From the IMG/VR virus record IMGVR_UViG_3300002026_000015, positions 44,628-108,627 of that record: 64,000 nucleotides of DNA; one strand, written 5' to 3'. The stretch comes from a virus. The notes beneath the pieces were generated by a model that had not been told where the DNA came from, made no database searches, and saw only the letters and a program-made list of their open reading frames with translations. Below are positions 29,870 through 37,422 of the stretch, piece by piece (positions within the stretch are counted from its first letter, which is position 1; each line of letters opens with the position of its first letter). The position numbers and the translations under genes are program-made.

Positions 29870-29904
29870 AAAAAAAAGAGGCGCATTTAAGCGCCTCTTT
29901 TTTT
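29870..29904. terminator. Intrinsic terminator
   Basis: A tract-GAGGCGC-ATTTAA-GCGCCTC-T7. Confidence 0.85.
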
Positions 29905-30023
29905 ATTTAATAAATCGATTTTTTAAAAAATTTGTTATTTATATATTTAGTTATGAGTAAAGGTAATAGAATATGGGTGATTCTAGTATCTGGTAATTAA
30001 ACAAAACAAATGAGGAGTCTATT

Positions 30024-30989
30024 ATGACTGAAGCGACTATTTTTACACCAACAAATGATCAAATCAATGATGAATTCATTTTCGGAACACTGATTTGTGC
30101 GAAGAGCACTTTGCTCCTCTCTAAGGAAATTTCATATGATGATTATGAACTCCTTGAGAAACTTACAGGACTGTGCAGTGAAACTATGGCGACATTGCCA
30201 GAATCCGAATGGAAATCAAAAGTTAACTGTGATTCAGTGCGGAAGTTTTTCATCTTCTCAAAATTGAACGATAAAGTTATTGTAAAATTCGATCATGAAA
30301 CTTTTCAGAAGTATATACTTGCAATGGGGGAAATCGCAAAAGGTTCTGAAAACCTTGTAAGTATACTCGACAATCTTGTCAACGGTAAAACTGATACTAT
30401 GGCGGCTCCGGTCCATGATGAAGATGACCATGGTAAATCTGTACACATTATTGGTTCTGCAAGTAATGATATTGAAGCGCCTGTTGAAACTGGAAACGTT
30501 AAAAGTTCTGATAAAGTTGTTGAAGATCAGTTCGAACTTACAGAGTTTGGAAAGAAATTTATTCAAATCCTCAACGATACCAAAGATGGGGATGAATTCG
30601 GCGATATCCTTACTGATCTGACACTCGGTGAACTTTGCTTCAGACACTTCAAGCGTGATGATACCAAACCACGGATTCCTTCTGAAAAGGCTCAGGAAAT
30701 CCTTGGAAAGTTCATCGCATTTGGAGTAAAAGCAAATATCAAGAGTGTATTCCATGAACTTGGAAACGTTCGTATTCTCGACCTCGGAACTGAAACCGAT
30801 GATGAACCAATGATCATTGTCACTGAAAATGTAACAGTACACGATGATACCACATATGAAGTAGTTGAACCTGCATCCAAGGTTAAACCTCTTCGCGGCG
30901 ATGGTACACCAATGACAAACAAGGAGATTAAGGCAATGAATCGTCGAGCAAAACAAAATGCTGCTCGTCATCATGCCGTACATCACTAA
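30024..30989 (+). CDS. Hypothetical acidic protein with basic/His C-tail
   Basis: GAGGAG RBS; early promoter 29942-29955. Confidence 0.85.
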   Translation: MTEATIFTPTNDQINDEFIFGTLICAKSTLLLSKEISYDDYELLEKLTGLCSETMATLPESEWKSKVNCDSVRKFFIFSKLNDKVIVKFDHETFQKYILAMGEIAKGSENLVSILDNLVNGKTDTMAAPVHDEDDHGKSVHIIGSASNDIEAPVETGNVKSSDKVVEDQFELTEFGKKFIQILNDTKDGDEFGDILTDLTLGELCFRHFKRDDTKPRIPSEKAQEILGKFIAFGVKANIKSVFHELGNVRILDLGTETDDEPMIIVTENVTVHDDTTYEVVEPASKVKPLRGDGTPMTNKEIKAMNRRAKQNAARHHAVHH

Positions 30990-31006
30990 GTTTGTAAAAC
31001 AGATAA

Positions 31007-31040
31007 GAAGATAGGGGATTTCTCCCCTATCTTTTTTTTT
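31007..31040. terminator. Bidirectional terminator
   Basis: AAGATAGGGGA-TTTC-TCCCCTATCTT (GAAA loop on minus strand). Confidence 0.85.
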
Positions 31041-31510
31041 CAATCTTCGAAGATGAAATCATCATCATCATAAATTGGAGCATTAGGATCAACAGTAGTT
31101 GTTGTGTCAAAACTTGAAGGATCTAGAGTTTTTCTAGCAAGGTCAAGTTTTCCAGCATTTTTCAACTGCTGCTTCCACATCTCTTCATGGTTATTAATGA
31201 GAACGCTCTCACCATTTTCACCACGAATAAGAACTTTTTTATGATGAGCATTAAATACTGGAATCTGAGTTACCGGATCTATATGCTGCTTATAAGTTCT
31301 TTCACTTAAATCTTTTTCAACCTCATCAAGATTTATTTTTTTAAGCTCTTTTGTAAAGTTAGCTTCAATTCTAGTATGACATTTGAAATTAGTATCTATA
31401 GGAATATCCTTAGACTGGATAGGAATTACAGGGACTGTTGAAAAACCTAAATTATCTGACATACTAGTTTCACCTGTCACAATTTCAAAATCGATATCGC
31501 CATTATTCAT
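31040..31510 (-). CDS. Hypothetical protein
   Basis: GGAG RBS, coupled to upstream gene. Confidence 0.75.
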   Translation of the reverse strand: MNNGDIDFEIVTGETSMSDNLGFSTVPVIPIQSKDIPIDTNFKCHTRIEANFTKELKKINLDEVEKDLSERTYKQHIDPVTQIPVFNAHHKKVLIRGENGESVLINNHEEMWKQQLKNAGKLDLARKTLDPSSFDTTTTVDPNAPIYDDDDFIFED

Positions 31511-31511
31511 A

Positions 31512-31928
31512 TCAAATCTCCATTATGTTGGGGTTAACAATATTAACTCTTCTATCATTTCTAATAATATCTGCCGTGAATTTCAATGACGGAATCCCGG
31601 AAACAGTTATCATTATGTACGCCAATCTTGAATCGCTATCATCTCGAATTATCTGACAGTCGATATCATTGCGATTATATCGACTTAATCCTTTAGATAT
31701 AGCACTCTGAATTTGTTCTACACTTTCAGCGTAGTATAAGTTTAGTACATCATTGAATGAACCAGCTTCTGGAAACTCATCCAACGTTCCACGCTCCATA
31801 TATAGAGTGTGTAGAATTGTAGTAACGATTTGGTTTATTTTAACCAGACCGTGGTCGTATAGCTTTTGTAGATCATTGTTCACTATAGTTGGTGTAAAAT
31901 CTACAACAGTTTTATCTTTTGTAATCAA
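31512..31928 (-). CDS. Baseplate wedge protein, gp25-like
   Basis: LYMERGTLDEFPEAG resembles the gp25 L.T..Ge....P..G motif; AGGAGG RBS with TTG 31928. Confidence 0.6.
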   Translation of the reverse strand: MITKDKTVVDFTPTIVNNDLQKLYDHGLVKINQIVTTILHTLYMERGTLDEFPEAGSFNDVLNLYYAESVEQIQSAISKGLSRYNRNDIDCQIIRDDSDSRLAYIMITVSGIPSLKFTADIIRNDRRVNIVNPNIMEI

Positions 31929-31946
31929 TATTCCTCCTCTAACTCC

Positions 31947-31996
31947 CAATAATATGTTTAACACTATATACATTCTCAGACGAAAACATATTATTG
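31947..31996. promoter_or_regulatory. Divergent late promoters (13-bp inverted repeat)
   Basis: CAATAATATGTTT...AAACATATTATTG. Confidence 0.72.
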
Positions 31997-32018
31997 TAAT
32001 AAAACAATGGAGAAAGAT

Positions 32019-32828
32019 ATGTCTAGAACAATTTCGTTGAAAGCCGCTAGTGCTAAAGTAAATTTATATAAGTGTCCAGAGTGTCCTAAGAAATTTACAA
32101 ATACTGCGGGTTTACATAAACACGTCGCTGAAGACCATGGTGGAGTTATTCCGGACGAAGTATCGGTTAAGCAATATATTTTCAATAGAAAATATAAAAA
32201 ATCTCATGGTAAATGTGTAGTTTGTCCAAAGAAAACTAAGTGGAATGAAGAAAAAGGACGGTATGAAAGATATTGTTCGGATGCGTGTGTAAAGAAAGCA
32301 CGAGAAGAATTCCGTCGTAACTGTATGAGAAGGCTTGGAACAGATAATCCAGCTTCTACTCCAGAGCATCAAATGAATGCAATCAAAGGTCGAAGTTATA
32401 GTGGAGAATATACATATAGTGATGGAGGAATAATTGGATATTCATCTAGTTATGAATTAGACTTCCTCATATTCTGTGATGAAACTTTAAAATTTCCTTC
32501 ATCCGAAGTAATGCAGTGTGATATTATATTCAATTTTGAGTATGAAGGATCTGAAAGATTTCATATCCCAGATTTTTATCTTCCAGTTTATAACCTTATT
32601 GTGAATATAAAGACTTTCCAAAATGGAAATTCAAATATTCAAGGAACTGCTAAAGATCGTCAGAAGCTTAGTGATAAAGCTATTGTCGATAATGGTTCAT
32701 ACAACTATATAATGATCTTAGATAAAGAGTATACGGATCTAGTAAGTGTACTAAAGATCATCAAAGATAGATCCATGTCGTCCAATAATGATACTGGTGA
32801 AAAAATTGTTTCAATTCCAAAATATTAA
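32019..32828 (+). CDS. C2H2 zinc finger + TnsA/T4 gp4-like PD-(D/E)xK domain protein
   Basis: YKCPECPKKF..LHKHVAEDH; CVVC..CSDAC; YSSSYELDF..HIPDF..IVNIK. Confidence 0.75.
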   Translation: MSRTISLKAASAKVNLYKCPECPKKFTNTAGLHKHVAEDHGGVIPDEVSVKQYIFNRKYKKSHGKCVVCPKKTKWNEEKGRYERYCSDACVKKAREEFRRNCMRRLGTDNPASTPEHQMNAIKGRSYSGEYTYSDGGIIGYSSSYELDFLIFCDETLKFPSSEVMQCDIIFNFEYEGSERFHIPDFYLPVYNLIVNIKTFQNGNSNIQGTAKDRQKLSDKAIVDNGSYNYIMILDKEYTDLVSVLKIIKDRSMSSNNDTGEKIVSIPKY

Positions 32829-32859
32829 TATGTAGGGGAGAAATCCCCTACATATTTTC
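32828..32859. terminator. Bidirectional terminator, GAAA tetraloop
   Basis: ATATGTAGGGGA-GAAA-TCCCCTACATAT. Confidence 0.8.
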
Positions 32860-32874
32860 AATTCCTTCAAGTGC

Positions 32875-33303
32875 CTAGGCATTCCCGACGTCGATATGGC
32901 AAACCCTTCCACGTTGACTAGTAATACCATGGTAAGAACCATCAAGTATGTAATAGTATAATATATCTCCAAACAATGAATTTATAACCTTAGCAATTTC
33001 AAAACCTTTTACTTCAGGCATATCTCCATGTTCAGGAAAATAGAAGTCTACAGCTTTACACCTTAAGTGCATCGAACCTTTAGCTCCTGGCGGTTTACTA
33101 TTGTCATTGGCGTGTTTACATCGATTTCCGCTAGTTACAAATATAGGTCTATTTCCAAATGCATTTATAATTCGTTGTAAAACTATTACTAAATTTGCAT
33201 CAACTGTATCTAGACCACATCCACAATTACACGCAAACATGTCACGATATATATTTCTAGAAAGCTTAACCCTCCCAACAGCTTTTTTTCTAACTTTAGC
33301 CAT
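32875..33303 (-). CDS. Peptidase M15 (Zn D-Ala-D-Ala type) endolysin
   Basis: FACNCGCG, VTSGNRC, SMHLRCKAVD (H-x6-D), CHID. Confidence 0.9.
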   Translation of the reverse strand: MAKVRKKAVGRVKLSRNIYRDMFACNCGCGLDTVDANLVIVLQRIINAFGNRPIFVTSGNRCKHANDNSKPPGAKGSMHLRCKAVDFYFPEHGDMPEVKGFEIAKVINSLFGDILYYYILDGSYHGITSQRGRVCHIDVGNA

Positions 33304-33317
33304 AATTCAACCAATCA

Positions 33318-34607
33318 TTAACAGTTCATTACGTCAAGATGTGTTAACTCATTATTTACAGAATAGCAATATACTAATTCTCCAAATATAGATTCTATTT
33401 GTCTAACCACAATAGATGAAGCCATCCCATCAACTTTGATATCTACAGCTCGTCCATACATATGAGCCATAGTTTCTGAGCATAGTAACTTACCTTTGTA
33501 TTTTGGACAAACGATACCAGTTTCTATAGTTATCTTATTATTAGAAATCTTATTCTGAAGACGCTGTAGTACAACTACTAAATTTGCATCAACTGTATCA
33601 GATCCGCAACATTTGCATGCAAACATGTCCCGTATAAAATTTTTAGATAACTTTACACGATACTTAGTTTTTCCACGTGATCCAATTCTCCAATTATTAT
33701 CACGTTTAATACCAGTTTGCAATTGTATAGATTGTACATCTACAGCTCCATTAGAACCTTTAACAACTGGACCAGATTCTGGATTTGAGGCTGTAGGTGT
33801 CGCGTTACCTTTAGAATCTTTAGCTACAGCTTTATCGTTATCATTACTTCCAGAAGAATCTCTAGCTTTATAATTTGCAGGTAAGTAGCTTGACGTCGGT
33901 TTTAAACATGTAGTAGTTTTAGTGTGCCAATAGTTATCTACAACATAAGTTGGTCTACCACCCTTAATAACTACTACAGAAGATGTGAAAAGTTTATCTT
34001 TTTTAGCAGTTGTTTCAGAATCTTGTCCAGGATTTATCTTCTTTCGGATTTTCTTCATATCGCCATTCATAGAATTTAATCCGGCATACTTCCAATACAT
34101 AAATCCTATTTCAACAAGACCTTCAAATGTTTTACTATACTTCAAGAAATCATCAAGAGACATTCCTTTTTGTTTGGCAAATACATTATAAACACCTTTA
34201 CCAGTTACCTGTAGTATTCCGTGTCCTCGAAATTTCCAACCGTCTCCAACTTCGTTATTTCCAAGACCTTTTTTATCGGGACCTATAACTTGACCTGAAG
34301 AGTTCAATTCAGGACCATACATATAGTTTGCAATTAGTATAGGATTTCCACCATGAGCCCTAGCAAGATCAGGACTTCCGCCATACTTACTAGGAAACAC
34401 CCTCATAAGTCCAGAAGCATCATATCCTAAATTTTCTTCAAATGCGGTAAATCCACCAGTTTCTATGCCAGCTTGAGCAAGAAATGATGAAAGTCTATAA
34501 ACAGTGTTTATTCCATACGGTCCGAGATATTTATTCAATTCATCGATGAAACAAACTGGAGCTCTTGGAAATAGAGCTTTAAAGACTTCAGGTCTTAAAA
34601 TACCCAT
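33318..34607 (-). CDS. Bifunctional endolysin: GH19 glycosidase + linker + peptidase M15
   Basis: FLAQAGIETGGF..EEN, ANYMYG, GDGWKFRGHGILQVTG, KINPG; C-terminal AHMYGRAVD, THLD. Confidence 0.88.
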   Translation of the reverse strand: MGILRPEVFKALFPRAPVCFIDELNKYLGPYGINTVYRLSSFLAQAGIETGGFTAFEENLGYDASGLMRVFPSKYGGSPDLARAHGGNPILIANYMYGPELNSSGQVIGPDKKGLGNNEVGDGWKFRGHGILQVTGKGVYNVFAKQKGMSLDDFLKYSKTFEGLVEIGFMYWKYAGLNSMNGDMKKIRKKINPGQDSETTAKKDKLFTSSVVVIKGGRPTYVVDNYWHTKTTTCLKPTSSYLPANYKARDSSGSNDNDKAVAKDSKGNATPTASNPESGPVVKGSNGAVDVQSIQLQTGIKRDNNWRIGSRGKTKYRVKLSKNFIRDMFACKCCGSDTVDANLVVVLQRLQNKISNNKITIETGIVCPKYKGKLLCSETMAHMYGRAVDIKVDGMASSIVVRQIESIFGELVYCYSVNNELTHLDVMNC

Positions 34608-34634
34608 ATTGCACTCCTTTAAATCATATTAGTA

Positions 34635-34646
34635 CAATATAATGTT
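34635..34646 (-). promoter_or_regulatory. Putative late promoter of endolysin operon
   Basis: Minus strand AACA-TTATAT-TG. Confidence 0.7.
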
Positions 34647-34732
34647 TTACGAAAATTCAATAACGAGCTATAATTATATATTAAGTTATGATAGAGTTAA
34701 ATGATTCATCCTTATGAAAGGGGTTGATATAA

Positions 34733-36883
34733 ATGGCACTCCGGAAACAAGAATGGAAAAGAACTACCAGAGGGGTTAGATATGATCCAAAATATTACAC
34801 CGAAGTTAATGGATACCCGTTAACCCATGAAGGGACAATTATGCCTAAAAATGGAATTGATGAACTGGTGGATATCTTCGATCCAGAACTAGTTTCAAGA
34901 AACATGTATGAGCAGGAACTACTGCTCGATAGAATCTTCAATGATGTTGACGAGAATACTGTACTCGATGGTCCGACTGAAAAGTTCGGATTAACGTTGA
35001 GTAATATCAAAACCGTCAACTATCTGAGCGGTCAGAGAGGGGAAGACTTTAGAGTCAATCTGTGGAATATAATTACACGGATCCCGAACCAAACCGCATT
35101 TAAGAATTCTGTATTAATGCTGCGTCAAATGATTCTCACGGAAATTGCAGATCTAATCGAAAACAAGCTTGCTGGCAATAATAACTATTATTATCAGTGT
35201 GCTGGTTTTGGAAGTTTCACCCTAACTTCTAAAGAAAAGAAATGTAAGATTCATGAAGCTTCATTTACAAAGTTTGCAGAATATTCTTCTCGTCATGGGA
35301 AGATTGGATTTACGGACTATGAAGTAAAGTTCGCATACCGTACTTCTCGAATCTACAAGGATCAGGATGATACTCCTACCTTCATAGATTCTGAGGGAAT
35401 GGTAATGGTTATTGATGAGATTCCTGGAGTCAACAAAGGAGTTGTTGATGAGGGAATTTACGTGATAAAGCAGACTCCAGAGTTAGGAGCGAATACACCT
35501 TACAGTGTAATGCCTCTTCCTCTAGAAGGAGACTATGTAAAATCCGAAACCTTGAACGGAATATTCTTTCACAGTTATAAAGATTTTAAAGACTTCTTCC
35601 AAAGAGAGTATAAAGTTTCCTATGATTCTTGTACTCAGGATGAAAGAGTTTTCAAAGTTAAGAAACTTATTGGGAGAATCCTTTATGGAGGAATCACTGA
35701 TACATCTCATGGATTTGCAAACGTTGTATCATGTTTCTCTCTAACAAGAAAAAATCTATGGATGACCTCCCCTGAATGGGGAGTGTCAGAAGTCTTAAAT
35801 GTCATACCCGATGGAACTGATAATAATATTAGTTTCCAAAATGCATTAGCTGAAGTCGGCCTCTCAATGGATCTACTAAAAGGACACGATTATCTTATCA
35901 GACGCACTTTCATTGGAAGTGGAACTGGAAGAGTGTCTCCTCAAAGTACAAGACTTGAGAAGGTTAAGATTAATCGAAAATCTGGATTATCCGATATAGC
36001 TAGTGCAGCGATGGATGAAGATTTAGCCCTCTACACCGAAACAGGTATCGGAGTATTCTCATCGAAGGATGCTGCCGAACGCTGTATGAAACATGGTGGT
36101 GGGGATATAACTAAATACGCAAAGTATATCAATGATAAAATTGGGAATAAAAGCGAGAAGAAAGAATTCTCTTCAGCTTTAAAGAATGCTGCTCTAGTTG
36201 GAGCAGGTGCGGCAATTCCCAAAATTGTAGAATATGCTATAGCTAGTAGACCAGTAACTGATACGACCGCGGCAGTGTTCGATACGGTATCTGGTGCAAT
36301 TATGAAACCTATGCTTCCGCCGATGGGAACTCTTGCATCGAGCGCGTTGGTAAAGATTCAAACTACAGCAAATAGCATCGCTACAGCAGTCTCAACATTC
36401 GCATCAACAATCGCACCTTATATTATACCAGTTGCTATCATTGCTGGTGTAGTTGCAGGTGGAAAATTCATATATGAAAAAGTTTCAGGTAAGGATGGTA
36501 TCATGTCTAATATTTTTGATAAAGTAATCAGTGTATTCCAAAATGCTGGTTCAAACGTTGTAGATGCAGCATCAAACGGCGGAAGCAGTGTTGCAAACTT
36601 CTTCGGTGGAGTATTCGAATTTGTAAAGAAAACCGGTGTTGCAGTTTTCAATTTCGTTAAAGATAACTTCTTCTTCGCAGTTGAAACTGTAAAAAGAGTT
36701 TTCTCAAATATCGAAGGTGAAACACTGTTTGATAAAGCTGGTTCATTGTTTACAAACGTTCTCAATGGAATGGCTGATGTCGGAGGCAAAATCTGGGATT
36801 ATGCAAAAACTGCGGGTTCTTGGGTTATCGAAAAAGTTTCAGGATTCTTCGGCTGGGCCGGTGGAATTCTCGGAATGTATTAA
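34733..36883 (+). CDS. Large hypothetical protein with C-terminal hydrophobic/amphipathic helices
   Basis: Early promoter 34677-34690; YIIPVAIIAGVVAGG segment then Phe/Trp-periodic helices. Confidence 0.85.
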   Translation: MALRKQEWKRTTRGVRYDPKYYTEVNGYPLTHEGTIMPKNGIDELVDIFDPELVSRNMYEQELLLDRIFNDVDENTVLDGPTEKFGLTLSNIKTVNYLSGQRGEDFRVNLWNIITRIPNQTAFKNSVLMLRQMILTEIADLIENKLAGNNNYYYQCAGFGSFTLTSKEKKCKIHEASFTKFAEYSSRHGKIGFTDYEVKFAYRTSRIYKDQDDTPTFIDSEGMVMVIDEIPGVNKGVVDEGIYVIKQTPELGANTPYSVMPLPLEGDYVKSETLNGIFFHSYKDFKDFFQREYKVSYDSCTQDERVFKVKKLIGRILYGGITDTSHGFANVVSCFSLTRKNLWMTSPEWGVSEVLNVIPDGTDNNISFQNALAEVGLSMDLLKGHDYLIRRTFIGSGTGRVSPQSTRLEKVKINRKSGLSDIASAAMDEDLALYTETGIGVFSSKDAAERCMKHGGGDITKYAKYINDKIGNKSEKKEFSSALKNAALVGAGAAIPKIVEYAIASRPVTDTTAAVFDTVSGAIMKPMLPPMGTLASSALVKIQTTANSIATAVSTFASTIAPYIIPVAIIAGVVAGGKFIYEKVSGKDGIMSNIFDKVISVFQNAGSNVVDAASNGGSSVANFFGGVFEFVKKTGVAVFNFVKDNFFFAVETVKRVFSNIEGETLFDKAGSLFTNVLNGMADVGGKIWDYAKTAGSWVIEKVSGFFGWAGGILGMY

Positions 36884-36930
36884 TATCTTAAAAGTATGGG
36901 GCTCACCCTCCCATACTTTTTTTTCTATGG

Positions 36931-36970
36931 TTCTGTAATAACTTGGTTTTAATGTCTATATTAAGTTATG
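36931..36970 (+). promoter_or_regulatory. Extended early-promoter block (copy of 4751-4790)
   Basis: TTCTGTAATAACT...TCTATATTAAGT. Confidence 0.65.
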
Positions 36971-37033
36971 GTAGATTAGGGAAATAAGATAAGGTGTCTT
37001 ATAACTCTACAACTTAAAATAAAGGAGTCTATC

Positions 37034-37387
37034 ATGAAGTATTCAATCAGAACAGTTATTGCTCTCATTCTCGCAATCATTCTCGTAGCAGTGGTTAAAG
37101 TTGGAAATGACAATACAGAGGTTAAAAACCTCTATGAGATGAACCAAGAAATTACAATGGTCAAATCCGCTTACGCGGATACCATTGAAAACCTTGGCAA
37201 GGATGGCGGAGAGCCTTTGCGCTCCGCCATAATCGCATGTAACGTGGGCGATTCAACCCGTACGATCACCTGGGAGGGTGGTCTTAAAGAATGTCCTGCA
37301 AGGGATATTGTAAACCCTGTTGTTGCTGCAAATATCGCGGAACGCGATAGCGCTATAGCCAGCATTAAAGCTGACTACGCAAAATAA
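37034..37387 (+). CDS. Small exported/membrane-anchored protein
   Basis: MKYSIRTVIALILAIILVAVV signal anchor; two Cys; AAGGAG RBS. Confidence 0.8.
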   Translation: MKYSIRTVIALILAIILVAVVKVGNDNTEVKNLYEMNQEITMVKSAYADTIENLGKDGGEPLRSAIIACNVGDSTRTITWEGGLKECPARDIVNPVVAANIAERDSAIASIKADYAK

Positions 37388-37422
37388 GGTAAGGGGGATT
37401 TCTCCCCCTCCTTATTTTTTTT
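37385..37422. terminator. Bidirectional terminator
   Basis: AGGGGGA-TTTC-TCCCCCT plus T tract. Confidence 0.75.

Noticed and set aside
32019-32828. Tn7-like transposon from the TnsA-like domain
   Set aside because: No TnsB/TnsC genes or terminal repeats; such domains are usual in myoviruses.
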